From: Rhizobium sp. Q54
GTDB lineage: Bacteria > Pseudomonadota > Alphaproteobacteria > Rhizobiales > Xanthobacteraceae
Direction: 5' to 3'
Length of the DNA: 64,000 nt
Assembly: GCA_945861265.1 (NCBI GenBank)
Contig: CAMAUC010000002.1
Location: 48,035-112,034, forward strand
Positions within the stretch are counted from its first letter, which is position 1; the number at the start of each line of letters is the position of its first letter. The position numbers were made by a program, and so were the translations under genes. This document shows, one piece after another, positions 51,943 through 62,118 of this stretch. A model generated the notes under the pieces. That model ran no database searches. It was not told the origin of the DNA and saw only the letters and a program-made list of their open reading frames with translations.

Positions 51943-52832
51943 TGTCTTCTCACCGGAATGTCACTGTACATCTTGCTGCTGTCGAAGACGAAATCGATTT
52001 CCTGCCACATCTCGTAATGATCGGGCCGCAGCATCGTATAGGGCTGACCGACCAGCACCGCGCGCACCGCGCTGTCGCGCATCGCATTAAACACCGGGCC
52101 GCTGCCGCTGGTGAGGACCTGCGGCCCGGCCGCCAAGGTGCCGTCGCGCTTGAACTTGATCCTGATGGTGATCTGGACGTTGCCGGCGTCCTGCGCGCCG
52201 GCCGGCGGCGACCATAATGCATAAAGCCGCGCCTTGAGCGCGTCGATTTCCGACTGCGACAATTGCGCGGCGCTGCCGGCGGCGGTGCCGAGCGAGGGCG
52301 CGGAATTCAGTTCGTTTCCAGTGATCGATTTGCGGGTCGGGTCGCGCTTGTCGAGCAGCGCGGCGATCTTGTCCGGATTGAATTCGGGCTTCTTCGGCTG
52401 CGGCTTGGGCGGCGGCGGCTTTTTTGGCGGCAGCGGCTGCGGCTCAGCCTTGGCGGCAGTTTCCTGCTTTTCCGGCGGCTTTTCCTGCGGCTTGAGCTTG
52501 TCGGCGATCGGATCCGGCGGCGGCGGCTCCTGCTTCACTTCCTTGTTCGGCGCGACTTCGCGCTTCTCGTCGATCTTGGGCTTGATCTCCTCGACCGGCT
52601 TGGGCGGCTCCTCGGCCTTTTTTTCGACGATCGGCTTGGGCATTTCGACCGGCTTGGGCGCGTCCTTGATGCCCTTGGTCAGTTGCGAGAATTCCTTCTC
52701 GCTGACGATATCGACCGGCAGCGATTCAGCCGGCGTCGTCTCGAACGGCTTGCCGCTAAACGACAACGTCGCCCAGGCCAGCACCAGAACGTGCAGGCCG
52801 GTCGAAATCGCCGATGCCGTCTTGATCTGCAT
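51939..52832 (-). CDS. tolA: TolA
   Basis: N-terminal TM with SxxLH, Lys/Glu/Pro-rich linker, C-terminal TolA domain; position between tolR and tolB. Confidence 0.9.
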   Translation of the reverse strand: MQIKTASAISTGLHVLVLAWATLSFSGKPFETTPAESLPVDIVSEKEFSQLTKGIKDAPKPVEMPKPIVEKKAEEPPKPVEEIKPKIDEKREVAPNKEVKQEPPPPDPIADKLKPQEKPPEKQETAAKAEPQPLPPKKPPPPKPQPKKPEFNPDKIAALLDKRDPTRKSITGNELNSAPSLGTAAGSAAQLSQSEIDALKARLYALWSPPAGAQDAGNVQITIRIKFKRDGTLAAGPQVLTSGSGPVFNAMRDSAVRAVLVGQPYTMLRPDHYEMWQEIDFVFDSSKMYSDIPVRRQ

Positions 52833-53287
52833 TATTTCGCTTTTGCGCCCGTTTCGTATTCCGTCACCAAGGCGACCTTGCTGAAGCCGGCGCCGGACAG
52901 ACGGCCCATGACGGCCATGACCGCGCCGTAGTTCACATTCTTGTCGCCGCGCACATAGATGCGCGTCTCGTTGCCGCCGCGCGTCTCAGCGATCGCCTTC
53001 AATTTGACCAGCAGATCGTCGACGCCGATCTCGTCGTTCTGCAGGAACACCTTGCCCTTGTCGTTGACCGACAAGGTCAGCGGTTCCTTGTCCTGGTCGA
53101 TGGTCTTGGCCTGGCTTTGCGGCAGGTCGATCGGCACGCCGACGGTCAACAGCGGCGCCGACACCATGAAGATGATCAGCAACACCAGCATCACGTCGAC
53201 CATCGGCGTGACGTTGATCTCGCTCATCACCCGCTGGCGTGGCCGCCTTCTGCCGCCGTTCATCGGTGTTCCGGCATTCGCGCCCAT
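52832..53287 (-). CDS. tolR: TolR
   Basis: SEINVTPMVDVMLVLLIIFM, RGDKNVNYG. Confidence 0.96.
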   Translation of the reverse strand: MGANAGTPMNGGRRRPRQRVMSEINVTPMVDVMLVLLIIFMVSAPLLTVGVPIDLPQSQAKTIDQDKEPLTLSVNDKGKVFLQNDEIGVDDLLVKLKAIAETRGGNETRIYVRGDKNVNYGAVMAVMGRLSGAGFSKVALVTEYETGAKAK

Positions 53288-53303
53288 GGCCTATTTCCTT
53301 TTG

Positions 53304-53350
53304 CGCATGATCTGATCCAAAAACCGGTACCCACTTTTCGGGATCATGCG
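53304..53350. repeat. RIME-like palindrome between tolQ and tolR
   Basis: cgcatgatc...aaaccggtacccacttttcgg-gatcatgcg. Confidence 0.75.
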
Positions 53351-53368
53351 CGTTATCCCTTTGCGAAC

Positions 53369-54085
53369 TTAGCCGCGCTCGTCGATTTGCCGCGACAGGA
53401 TCGCGGCGAATTCGTCGGCGAAGCCTTCCAGCCGCTGCGCCTGCTTGTTCACCTCACCGGCGAACTTGTTATAGAAAATGGTCGCCGGTATGGCGGCGAC
53501 AAGACCTATGGCGGTGGCAAACAGCGCCTCGGCGATGCCCGGCGCGACCACCGCCAGCGACGTATTCTTCGACGCAGCGATCGACTGAAACGACGTCATG
53601 ATGCCCCAGACCGTGCCGAACAGACCGACGAAGGGGCCGGCCGAGCCGACGGTGGCCAGCACCAGCAGCCGGCGCTCCAGCCGTTCGACTTCGCGCGCAA
53701 TGGTCACCTGCATCACCTTTTCGATGCGCATTTGCAGGCCGGCGAAGGATTTCTGCGGCGAGCCCTCGAAGCTGCGTTTCCATTCGCGCATCGCCGCCAC
53801 GAACAACGCCGCCATCGAGTGGTTCGGCTTGGACGACAGCGAGCGGTACAACTCCTCCAGCGACTGGCCGGACCAGAAAGCGGTCTCGAAGCGGTCCATG
53901 GATTTGCGCGAGCGCGTGTACAGCACCGTCTTGTCGATGGCGATGGCCCAAACCCAGACCGAGCAGGCCATCAGGCCGAGCATCACGAATTTGACGATCC
54001 AGTGCGCGTGCCAGAACAGCGTGAACAGCGAGAGGTCGGAAGAAGTAAGCGGGAGCACCGACTGTGCCACATCGGCTGGATTCAT
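53369..54085 (-). CDS. tolQ: TolQ
   Basis: SAGPFVGLFGTVWGIM, APGIAEALFATAIGL. Confidence 0.97.
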   Translation of the reverse strand: MNPADVAQSVLPLTSSDLSLFTLFWHAHWIVKFVMLGLMACSVWVWAIAIDKTVLYTRSRKSMDRFETAFWSGQSLEELYRSLSSKPNHSMAALFVAAMREWKRSFEGSPQKSFAGLQMRIEKVMQVTIAREVERLERRLLVLATVGSAGPFVGLFGTVWGIMTSFQSIAASKNTSLAVVAPGIAEALFATAIGLVAAIPATIFYNKFAGEVNKQAQRLEGFADEFAAILSRQIDERG

Positions 54086-54262
54086 GGGGCACGTCCTTTG
54101 CGCGGTCCGGTCAGGTGGCCGGCGCGGCGTCGCTGGTCATTACAAATTGGGCATTCGGCAGGCCGAACGGAATTCCCGTTAAACTTGGCTAAATGAGGGC
54201 GCAAACGAAGTCCCGGCACCTCATCGCCCCCCGTTAGCCGCCCTAAACAGCGCTGATTATGG

Positions 54263-54278
54263 TTAAGGATTCGTTAGC
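54263..54278. promoter_or_regulatory. CtrA-like box upstream of tolQ
   Basis: TTAA-ggattcg-TTAGC. Confidence 0.6.
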
Positions 54279-54284
54279 ACTCTA

Positions 54285-54452
54285 CTAGTGGAGCGGATTT
54301 GACGTTCGCTGTCCGTTCGCCGCGTATATCTTATGCGAACGTCAAATCCAAAGCTCCACTAGCAACAATAAATTGCTAGTGGACCTTGTGATTCTAACAT
54401 TCGCAAAAGTGGCTCCGCGGACGGGATGCGAATGTTAGAATCGGACCACTAG
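54285..54452. repeat. CTAG-bounded double-hairpin element (MITE-like)
   Basis: CTAG at 54285, 54359, 54376 and 54449; two long imperfect hairpins. Confidence 0.8.
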
Positions 54453-54534
54453 CGCGCGGGGAGCCTCAAAAACGCAACGGCCGCCCGCCTCGGGGAAGGC
54501 GGACGGCCGCGTGCGCAGGCCTATGTCGATAGGG

Positions 54535-54996
54535 TCAGCTCTGCGAGGGGGGCGAGGAGGGATTGTCGCGCGGGGATTCCTGCGGCGGGCGGGCGCGCCG
54601 CTCGGCCATGAAGGAGTCGAACTCGGTCTTGTCCTTGGCGAAGCGCAGCCGCTCTAGGAAGTCCTTGAACTCGCGCTGCTCGTCCTCGAGCCGGCGCAAG
54701 GTCTCGCTGCGGTAGTCGTCGAAGGCGCGATTGCCGCTCGACGGCGCACTCGACCAGGGTGAGCCGCCGGCGTTGCCGCCCATCTTGCCGCGCATCCAGT
54801 CCATTTTGGCCTGCATACGCTCCATCTTGTGCTGCCAGCGGTCGTGACCGCCGTTATATCCGCATCCCATTCTTCCGCTCCCGATTGTAAAGGCGAGGAC
54901 TGCGAGGCCCACCGGCCACCAGGCCATGAACCCAAGGACGGTCAGGGCAATCCAGGCGGGCTTGCCGAATTCGTCGAGCTTCGCGGTGATTGGCAT
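54535..54996 (-). CDS. DUF2852-family protein
   Basis: SGNRAFDDYRSETLRRLEDEQREF..FLERLRFAKDKTEFD. Confidence 0.92.
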   Translation of the reverse strand: MPITAKLDEFGKPAWIALTVLGFMAWWPVGLAVLAFTIGSGRMGCGYNGGHDRWQHKMERMQAKMDWMRGKMGGNAGGSPWSSAPSSGNRAFDDYRSETLRRLEDEQREFKDFLERLRFAKDKTEFDSFMAERRARPPQESPRDNPSSPPSQS

Positions 54997-55117
54997 TGTC
55001 GGCCTCGTTTCACGGTCATGTGTTAATGTAATTAACATTTACATGGATAAGGGTACCCCAGGGCGATGTCAAGACCCTTCACATAGGCAGGAGATAGCCG
55101 GTTGCCAGTCCTCTTTT

Positions 55118-55146
55118 CCCTCTCCCCCCGCTCTTACGGGAGAGGG
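55118..55146. repeat. REP-like hairpin
   Basis: ccctctccc...gggagaggg. Confidence 0.6.
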
Positions 55147-55161
55147 CCGGGATAACGGGCT

Positions 55162-55824
55162 CTAACGCCCGCCGCTCAGCCCCAGCCCGCGTAGGTAAAT
55201 CAGCATCGCCGCTTCGAGGAGTTCCTCCGGCGGCATCGGCAGCGCCCGGCGGGCGGCATCGCCGCGGCCGAACAGCGAGGCGATGCCGTGCGTCATCGAC
55301 CAGACATGCAGTGCCACCATCAAAGCTGGCGGCCGCCCCTGCGGCGCCATCAACGCAACAAGCTTCTCGGCGGCCGACCGCAACACTGCGAACGCCGCTT
55401 CGCTCGCCGCGCGCAAGGCCGGATCGGTATCGAGCGCGACGCCGGCCTCGAACATTGCCGAGTAGTAGGCGGGTTGATGCTTGGCGAAATCGAGATAGGC
55501 GCGGCCCAAACGGTCGAACGCCGTCATCAGTTCCGGCTTGCCGTCGTCCCAGGCTTTGGTCAGCGCGTCGGCGAACAGCTCGAAGCCGCGCCGCGCCACA
55601 TTGGCGATCAGTTCGTCACGGTCGCGAAAATGACGATAGGGGGCGGCCGGACTGACGCCGGCCCAGCGCGCCGCGTCGGCGAAAGTAAAACCGGCCGGAC
55701 CCTTTTCGGCAATCAGCGCAAGCGCGGCGCGCAGCAATGCCTCTTTGAGATTGCCGTGGTGATAGCCGCGCGGACCGCCCTCTCCGCCCGGTCCGCCGTC
55801 CCGATCGCCTTTGGTCCATCTCAT
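55162..55824 (-). CDS. TetR/AcrR-family regulator
   Basis: YHHGNLKEALL, GVSPAAPYRHFRDRDEL, WSMTHG. Confidence 0.93.
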   Translation of the reverse strand: MRWTKGDRDGGPGGEGGPRGYHHGNLKEALLRAALALIAEKGPAGFTFADAARWAGVSPAAPYRHFRDRDELIANVARRGFELFADALTKAWDDGKPELMTAFDRLGRAYLDFAKHQPAYYSAMFEAGVALDTDPALRAASEAAFAVLRSAAEKLVALMAPQGRPPALMVALHVWSMTHGIASLFGRGDAARRALPMPPEELLEAAMLIYLRGLGLSGGR

Positions 55825-55964
55825 GCGTGCATCGGCTTTTTGGCCCTCATGTGAAGGGGCTTTACATGAGTCCGGGGGCAATGGCGAGTCTCATGACGTA
55901 CTGGACAAAGCGCGCCTGACCTATTGAATCCCCTCCGGCCCATCGACACGAAAGGCAGCGGTCA

Positions 55965-56363
55965 ATGACGATGACAAACACCTTTTCAATTCTACTCGCC
56001 CGGCTGATCTTCGCCGCCGTCTTTGCGATGGCCGCCACCTTCAAGTTCCTCGGCATGGACGCGACCGCGACCTATATTGCCGCCGCCGGCTTCCCGATGC
56101 CGCTGGCGCTCGCCTGGATCGCTGCGTTCTTTGAAGTGGCCTTGCTCATTGGCCTCTTGACCGGCGCCTATTTCAGCTACGCCGCCTATCTCGCGGCGGT
56201 CTATGTGCTGTTCCTCGGCTTTGCGTTTCATGGCCCGTCGCACTGGGCCGGCAATCAGGCCGAGTTCGGCTTCTTCGTCGATCACTTCACGTTTTTTGCC
56301 GGACTTCTGTTCGCCGCCGTGCATGGCCCCGGCGACAAACTCGTGTGGCGGATTCCGCGCTAG
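55965..56363 (+). CDS. DoxX-family membrane protein
   Basis: ARLIFAAVFAMAATFKF, FHGPSHW, FVDHF. Confidence 0.85.
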   Translation: MTMTNTFSILLARLIFAAVFAMAATFKFLGMDATATYIAAAGFPMPLALAWIAAFFEVALLIGLLTGAYFSYAAYLAAVYVLFLGFAFHGPSHWAGNQAEFGFFVDHFTFFAGLLFAAVHGPGDKLVWRIPR

Positions 56364-56923
56364 CGGCGCGCCTGCAACGGCAGATCGTCGAACAGAGTCG
56401 GCCCGCTCGGCTGTGCGCCTTCGATGGTGAGCAGCTTCAGTTTGGTCACCACGCCGCCCGGCGCGGAAAAGCCGCCGGTCTTGCCCGAGGCCGCCAGCAC
56501 GCGATGGCACGGCATCACGATCGGGCAGCGGTTCTCGCCCATCGCCTGGCCGACGGCGCGCGACAGCGCCTTGTCGCCAAGCCGTTCGGCGATCTCGCCA
56601 TAGGTGATGATCTGGCCCGGCGGCACCCGGCGCACGATTGCATAGACGCGCTTGTTGAATTCCGGAACGCCATCGTCATCGATCGGCACATCCACGAGAT
56701 CGCGGCGCTCGCCCTTGAGCAGCGCACGCATGCCGTCGATGACAATCTGAATGTTCTGCGGCGGCGCGACCTCGCGCGCATCCGGAAACCGTTTCAACAT
56801 CCGTGCCCGCGTCGCGGCTTCGCTCGCCTCGGGGATCTGCACACCCAACAGGCCGCGCTCGCCCCAGACGATGGCGCAGGGGCCGATGGCGGTGTCGAAG
56901 ATGGCAAGGTTCTGTTCCGGCAT
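56360..56923 (-). CDS. ogt: Methylated-DNA--protein-cysteine methyltransferase
   Basis: TYGEIA, RAVGQAMGEN, MPCHRV. Confidence 0.95.
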   Translation of the reverse strand: MPEQNLAIFDTAIGPCAIVWGERGLLGVQIPEASEAATRARMLKRFPDAREVAPPQNIQIVIDGMRALLKGERRDLVDVPIDDDGVPEFNKRVYAIVRRVPPGQIITYGEIAERLGDKALSRAVGQAMGENRCPIVMPCHRVLAASGKTGGFSAPGGVVTKLKLLTIEGAQPSGPTLFDDLPLQARR

Positions 56924-56946
56924 GATGCGAACTATAGCACCCGCGC

Positions 56947-57405
56947 CTAGAGCGCGCCGCCCGTTTCCTGGTCGGCCTTCATCGCAATCCGCAAAGGCTT
57001 CGGGATCGGCCGCGCCCGGCCGCCCGACACAAAGGCCACCTGCACATGCGCCTCGACCAACAGGTCGTCGCCGCGCATCACCTTCTGATGCATGGTGATC
57101 GAGGCGCCCTTCACTTCCTCCGCCCGGGTGACGACTTCCAGAACGTCGTCCATTCGGGCCGGCTTTTTAAAGGCGATGTCCATGTGGCGCACGACGAAGG
57201 CAAAGCCCGGCGTTTCGGCCGCCGCTTGTTCGAACAGCGCGCGATGATCGGCGCCCAATAGCCGCAGATAATTGGTCCGCCCGCGCTCCATGAAGCGCAG
57301 ATAGCTGGCGTGATAGACGATGCCGGAAAAATCCGTGTCCTCGTAATAGACCCGCACCAGTTGCTTGTGCAGGCCGTCGCCGAGAATGCCGTCGATGGAG
57401 TTCAT
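56947..57405 (-). CDS. ybgC: Tol-Pal-associated acyl-CoA thioesterase
   Basis: RVYYEDTDFSGIVYHASYLRFMERGRT; start set at 57405 to avoid overlap with hicB. Confidence 0.93.
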   Translation of the reverse strand: MNSIDGILGDGLHKQLVRVYYEDTDFSGIVYHASYLRFMERGRTNYLRLLGADHRALFEQAAAETPGFAFVVRHMDIAFKKPARMDDVLEVVTRAEEVKGASITMHQKVMRGDDLLVEAHVQVAFVSGGRARPIPKPLRIAMKADQETGGAL

Positions 57406-57413
57406 ACTGTCGA

Positions 57414-57635
57414 TCAGCCGGCGCGCGCCAAAGGCGCCGAAGGTTTGGGAATCTCCTGCTTCCATTCCTTCGCAGCCTCGATCCAGGAGCCAATCGCTTC
57501 CTGGACGTTCTTCAACGCTTCTTCCGGAGTCTCACCATCCGACATACATCCTGGCAGATCAGGAACGGTGGCGAGATAACCGCCGCCATCGCTCTCCGCC
57601 AGCCGCTCAATATGCACAGCATATTCCAGTTTCAT
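57414..57635 (-). CDS. hicB: HicB-family antitoxin, short form
   Basis: GGYLATVPDLPGCMSDGETPEEALKNVQEAIGSWIE. Confidence 0.93.
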   Translation of the reverse strand: MKLEYAVHIERLAESDGGGYLATVPDLPGCMSDGETPEEALKNVQEAIGSWIEAAKEWKQEIPKPSAPLARAG

Positions 57636-57874
57636 GACGCCTCTCCGTGGGCTTCAATATAGCGCACGAGCTTTCGAATGTAGACCGGTTTAATCGGACG
57701 CCGCGCCGGGATCGTTAAGATTTCACGCGCGGCCGGATGTTTCAAATGGCAGTGCGATGTGCCTTTTCCGGGGCGGAACATAATGCCGTAATCCCGGCAG
57801 ATCGCCTCCACATCGCGAATGGTCCAATCGCCGACCGGATTACGCTTCATGCGCTCCAGCGGGTCGGTAGCCAT
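57632..57874 (-). CDS. hicA: HicA-like toxin
   Basis: GKGTSHCHLKHP...LTIPARRPIKPVYIRKL; directly upstream of hicB. Confidence 0.85.
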   Translation of the reverse strand: MATDPLERMKRNPVGDWTIRDVEAICRDYGIMFRPGKGTSHCHLKHPAAREILTIPARRPIKPVYIRKLVRYIEAHGEAS

Positions 57875-58917
57875 CAGTCGTCCTCACCCTCGCCGAACAA
57901 CCCGAACTGGCTGGCGTCGCGCTGTGGCTCTTTCAGCCCAAGATGCGTGAAAGCCTGCGGCGTCAGCAGGCGGCCGCGCGGCGTGCGCTGAAGAAAGCCC
58001 TTCTGAATCAAGTAAGGCTCGATGATGTCCTCAAGCGCGTCGCGCGGCTCCGATAATCCAGCGGCGATGGTCTCGACGCCGACCGGGCCGCCGGCGTAAT
58101 TCTCGGCGATCATGCGCAGATAGCGCCGGTCCATCGCGTCCAGCCCGCTGGCATCGACTTCCAAAGCCTGCAGCGCCTTGTCGGCAATCTTGCGATCGAC
58201 CGCCTTGTCGCCATCGACATGGGCGAAGTCGCGCACGCGCCGCAGCAGACGGCCGGCGATACGCGGCGTGCCACGCGACCGCTTGGCGATCTCGTTGGCC
58301 CCGTCCGGCGTCATGCCGATACCGAGGACGCGGGCGCCGCGCGAGACGATCAGTTCCAGTTCCGCCTCGGTATAAAAATTCAGCCGCACCGGAATGCCGA
58401 AACGGTCGCGCAGCGGATTGGTCAGGAGCCCTGCGCGCGTCGTCGCGCCAACAAGCGTGAACGGCGAGAGGTCGATCTTCACCGAGCGCGCAGCCGGCCC
58501 TTCGCCGATGATGAGATCGAGCTGGAAATCTTCCATCGCCGGATAGAGGATTTCCTCGACCTGCGGGCTGAGCCGATGAATTTCGTCGATGAACAGAACG
58601 TCGCGCGGTTCGAGATTGGTCAAGAGCGCGGCGAGGTCGCCGGCTTTCGCGATAACCGGCCCCGACGTGGCGCGGAAATTGACGCCGAGTTCGCGCGCGA
58701 CGATCTGCGCCAAAGTGGTTTTGCCCAGGCCCGGAGGGCCGACGAACAGCACATGGTCGAGCGCCTCCTGCCGAGCCTTCGCCGCCTCGATGAACACGCT
58801 TAAATTTGCGCGCGCCTTTTCCTGGCCGATGAATTCGGACAGCTTCTGCGGCCGCAGCGAAGCATCGACGTCGTCGTCGCGCTTTTCGCCGGCGATCAGG
58901 CGCGGGTTTGAACTCAC
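57874..58917 (-). CDS. ruvB: Holliday junction helicase RuvB
   Basis: [36 protein letters not shown]; GTG start. Confidence 0.98.
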   Translation of the reverse strand: MSSNPRLIAGEKRDDDVDASLRPQKLSEFIGQEKARANLSVFIEAAKARQEALDHVLFVGPPGLGKTTLAQIVARELGVNFRATSGPVIAKAGDLAALLTNLEPRDVLFIDEIHRLSPQVEEILYPAMEDFQLDLIIGEGPAARSVKIDLSPFTLVGATTRAGLLTNPLRDRFGIPVRLNFYTEAELELIVSRGARVLGIGMTPDGANEIAKRSRGTPRIAGRLLRRVRDFAHVDGDKAVDRKIADKALQALEVDASGLDAMDRRYLRMIAENYAGGPVGVETIAAGLSEPRDALEDIIEPYLIQKGFLQRTPRGRLLTPQAFTHLGLKEPQRDASQFGLFGEGEDD

Positions 58918-59339
58918 GTCATGCCCCGCCGGTATTTGTTCGGCAGCAGTTCGCCGATGCTCGTCACCGTCGGCCCTTGCGTGCCGTTCGGCACGATAAC
59001 GCGGGCCTTGGCGTCGTAGTCGTGAATGAGTTCGCGGCAGGCGCCGCACGGCGACACCACGGCGATATCGCCCTTCTCGCCGGGCTTCGGGTGACGTACC
59101 GCCACGATGGTGTCGATGCCCTGGTCGCCCTTCGCCGTCAGCGCGGTGCCGATACAGATCGCCTCGGCGCAGACCGCGCCGCGCCCGACATAGGCATCGA
59201 GATTGACGCCGGTAATGACGTGTCCGTCGCGCGTGCGCATCGCCGCGCCGACCTCCTGCCAGTCATTGCGATAGCGTTGCTTGATCGCCGCCGTCGCCGC
59301 GTCGATCAGATCCTGATCCTTGTCCGTCAACTTGCTCAT
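58914..59339 (-). CDS. Cytidine deaminase family protein (CAE/PCxxC type)
   Basis: [20 protein letters not shown]. Confidence 0.9.
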   Translation of the reverse strand: MSKLTDKDQDLIDAATAAIKQRYRNDWQEVGAAMRTRDGHVITGVNLDAYVGRGAVCAEAICIGTALTAKGDQGIDTIVAVRHPKPGEKGDIAVVSPCGACRELIHDYDAKARVIVPNGTQGPTVTSIGELLPNKYRRGMT

Positions 59340-59953
59340 TTAGCCAGCTCTTTGAGTCCCTGCCTTATCAAGGTCTGCACGTCGGCGGCGTCACCCACAT
59401 TGCGCGCCGCAGCCGCAATGGCCGCTGCCGCCTGCGGCTGGCCATAGCCGAGATTAACGAGCGCCGACACCGCGTCCATCACCGGCCGCGGCGCGCGCTT
59501 CTCGTCGAGCGCGCCGGCCAGATGCACCGCGCCCGGATCGACATCGGCGAAGGCCGGCACCTTGTCCTTCAACTCCGTCACGATGCGTTCCGCGACTTTC
59601 GCGCCGACGCCAGGCGAGCGCGACACCGCCGCCTTGTCGCGCATCGCAATCGCCGTCGCCAGTTCACTGACCTTCAGCGTCGACAACACCGACAGCGCGA
59701 CTTTGGCGCCGACGCCCTGCACCGTCTGCAACAGGCGGAACCATTCGCGCTCGGCGTCCGAAGCGAAACCGAAGAGCTTGATCTGGTCTTCGCGCACGTA
59801 GGTTTCAATGGACAAAGTCGCCGCTTCGCCCGGCGCCGGCAGCATGGTCAGCGTACGCGCCGAGCAATGCACCTGATAGCCGACGCCATGCACGTCGAGG
59901 ATCAGGAAATCGGTGCCGAAACTGTCGACGACGCCTTTGAGTTTGCCGATCAT
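59336..59953 (-). CDS. ruvA: Holliday junction DNA-binding protein RuvA
   Basis: [31 protein letters not shown]. Confidence 0.98.
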   Translation of the reverse strand: MIGKLKGVVDSFGTDFLILDVHGVGYQVHCSARTLTMLPAPGEAATLSIETYVREDQIKLFGFASDAEREWFRLLQTVQGVGAKVALSVLSTLKVSELATAIAMRDKAAVSRSPGVGAKVAERIVTELKDKVPAFADVDPGAVHLAGALDEKRAPRPVMDAVSALVNLGYGQPQAAAAIAAAARNVGDAADVQTLIRQGLKELAK

Positions 59954-60459
59954 TGCGCTACCGCCTTCAACACAATGCTGACGCGATGATGCGCGTGACA
60001 AATGGCGATTGCCAACGCGTCGGCGGCGTCTTCCGATTGCGGATCGGCCTTCGGCAGCAGCACGCCGATCATCATTCTGATTTGCGCCTTCTCGGCATGC
60101 CCGGCGCCGACGACGGTCTTCTTCACCAGATTGGGCGCGTATTCGGCAACGGTCAGTCCCGAGCGCGCCGGCACCAGCATGGCGATGCCGCGCGCCTGGC
60201 CGAGCTTCAGGGTCGACGCGGCATTGCCATTGACGAACGTATTTTCCACCGCCGCCTCGTGCGGTGCATAGCGCTCGATCACCGCGATCAGCCCGTCATG
60301 GATCGCCACCAGCCGCGCGCTCAACGCCGCCCGCTCGCTGGTTTCCACCGAGCCGCAGGCCACGTGAACGAGCCTGTTGCCGTCGCTCTCGATCAGGCCC
60401 CAGCCGGTGCGGCGGAGGCCCGGATCGATGCCGAGAATGCGAATCGCTTGGCCAGCCAT
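59950..60459 (-). CDS. ruvC: Crossover junction endodeoxyribonuclease RuvC
   Basis: [32 protein letters not shown]. Confidence 0.98.
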   Translation of the reverse strand: MAGQAIRILGIDPGLRRTGWGLIESDGNRLVHVACGSVETSERAALSARLVAIHDGLIAVIERYAPHEAAVENTFVNGNAASTLKLGQARGIAMLVPARSGLTVAEYAPNLVKKTVVGAGHAEKAQIRMMIGVLLPKADPQSEDAADALAIAICHAHHRVSIVLKAVAQ

Positions 60460-60521
60460 GCCCCGTTGATAGCCCCAGCCGCCTTAGCCTGCTAGAGAGA
60501 CCGGCCGCCGGGATTAACACC

Positions 60522-61298
60522 ATGTTTCAATTGCCGCTTTGGTCGGCCTTTGCAGACGCCGCCGCCGATCCGCGCTTTGCCTATGCCGCCGGCATTGCGA
60601 CAATAGCTGGGCTGGTGCGCGGCTTTTCCGGCTTCGGCTCCGCGCTCATCTATATGCCGCTGATCTCGGCCATTTACAGCCCGGCCGTCGCCGCGCCGAC
60701 GATCCTGCTGATCGATACGTTGTGCGGCCTGCCCTTCGCCATTCACGCCTGGCCGCAGGCCAACCGGCGCGAAGTGCTGCCGGTGGCGGTGGGCGGTGTC
60801 GTCGGCGTGCCGCTGGGTGTCATGGCGTTGGTTTATGTCAGTCCGCTGAGTCTGCGCTGGTTCATCGCCGTGCTCGTCCTGATCGCGCTGGCGACGCTCG
60901 CCGCGGGCTGGCGCTATCACGGCAAGCCGACGGTCCCGGCCGCGCTCGGCGTCGGCGTCATGTCCGGCTTCGGCGCCGGCGCTGTGCAGATCGGCGCGCC
61001 GCCGCTTTTGGTGTTCTGGCTAGGCGGCAAAAACAGCGCAACCACAGTGCGCGCCAACATCATGGTCTATTTCGTCGTGCAGGGCACGCTGACCTTCATC
61101 TTGTATTTCTACAACGGCCTGTTCACCGCACCGGTCGTCGTGCTGTCGCTGATGTTCGGCGTCCCGTTCGCGCTGGCGATGTTCGGCGGCGCCTACTGGT
61201 TTCACGGTTCGAGCGACGTTCTGTACCGCCGCGTCGCTTATGCGATCATCGGCTTTGCAGGACTGGTAAGCCTGCCGTTGTTCGATAGTTTGCGGTAA
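60522..61298 (+). CDS. TauE/SafE-family permease
   Basis: GLVRGFSGFGSALI, GAPPLLVFWL, multi-TM. Confidence 0.88.
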   Translation: MFQLPLWSAFADAAADPRFAYAAGIATIAGLVRGFSGFGSALIYMPLISAIYSPAVAAPTILLIDTLCGLPFAIHAWPQANRREVLPVAVGGVVGVPLGVMALVYVSPLSLRWFIAVLVLIALATLAAGWRYHGKPTVPAALGVGVMSGFGAGAVQIGAPPLLVFWLGGKNSATTVRANIMVYFVVQGTLTFILYFYNGLFTAPVVVLSLMFGVPFALAMFGGAYWFHGSSDVLYRRVAYAIIGFAGLVSLPLFDSLR

Positions 61299-61301
61299 GG
61301 C

Positions 61302-62048
61302 TCACTCGCCCATCTTCTGCATCAGCGCGTCGGACACCTCGAAATTGGCGAAGACGTTCTGCACGTCGTCGTCGTCGTCGAGCGCCTGCATCAGCTTCAT
61401 CATCTTCTCGCCAGCTTCGTCGGACAGCATCACCGTATTCTGCGGCTTCCAGATCATCGCCGCCTTGCGCGCCTCACCATATTTGGCTTCCAGTGCCTTG
61501 GCGACGTCGCGCAGCGTCTCGTGTGTGGTGAAAATCTGATGGCCGTCCTCGGTCGAGGACACATCCTCGGCGCCCGCCTCGATCGCCGCTTCCAGCATGG
61601 CGTCGGCATCGGCGACCTTGGCGTCATATTCGACGACGCCAACATGGTCGAACATGAACGACACCGAGCCGGTGGTGCCGAGATTGCCGCCCGCCTTGGT
61701 GAATGCGGACCGCACTTCGCTGGCGGTGCGGTTGTGGTTGTCGGTCAGCGCCTCGACGATCACGGCGACGCCGCCCGGGCCGTAGCCTTCGTAGCGCATG
61801 TCGTCATAGCTTTCGGACTCCGAGCCGGACGCCTTCTTGATGGCGCGCTCGATATTGTCCTTCGGCATGTTCTCGGCGCGGGCTTCCAGGATCGCCGCGC
61901 GCAAGCGCGGGTTGAAGGCCGGGTCGGGCTGGCCGAGCTTGGCGGCCACGGTGATTTCCCGCGCCAGCTTGCCGAACACCTTGGAGCGGACTTTGTCCTG
62001 CTTCCCCTTGCGGTGCATGATGTTCTTGAATTGGGAATGACCGGCCAT
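61302..62048 (-). CDS. yebC: YebC/PmpR-family protein
   Basis: [35 protein letters not shown]. Confidence 0.97.
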   Translation of the reverse strand: MAGHSQFKNIMHRKGKQDKVRSKVFGKLAREITVAAKLGQPDPAFNPRLRAAILEARAENMPKDNIERAIKKASGSESESYDDMRYEGYGPGGVAVIVEALTDNHNRTASEVRSAFTKAGGNLGTTGSVSFMFDHVGVVEYDAKVADADAMLEAAIEAGAEDVSSTEDGHQIFTTHETLRDVAKALEAKYGEARKAAMIWKPQNTVMLSDEAGEKMMKLMQALDDDDDVQNVFANFEVSDALMQKMGE

Positions 62049-62118
62049 GGCAAGCTCTGCGCTGGAATTGATAACCGGCGCGGTTATAGGCTGGGACGAC
62101 TGAAAAATAAATACTTAG

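Noticed and set aside
57406-57465. Longer ybgC N-terminus from the ORF track
   Set aside because: Overlaps hicB by about 50 nt; the ATG at 57405 gives a normal-length thioesterase
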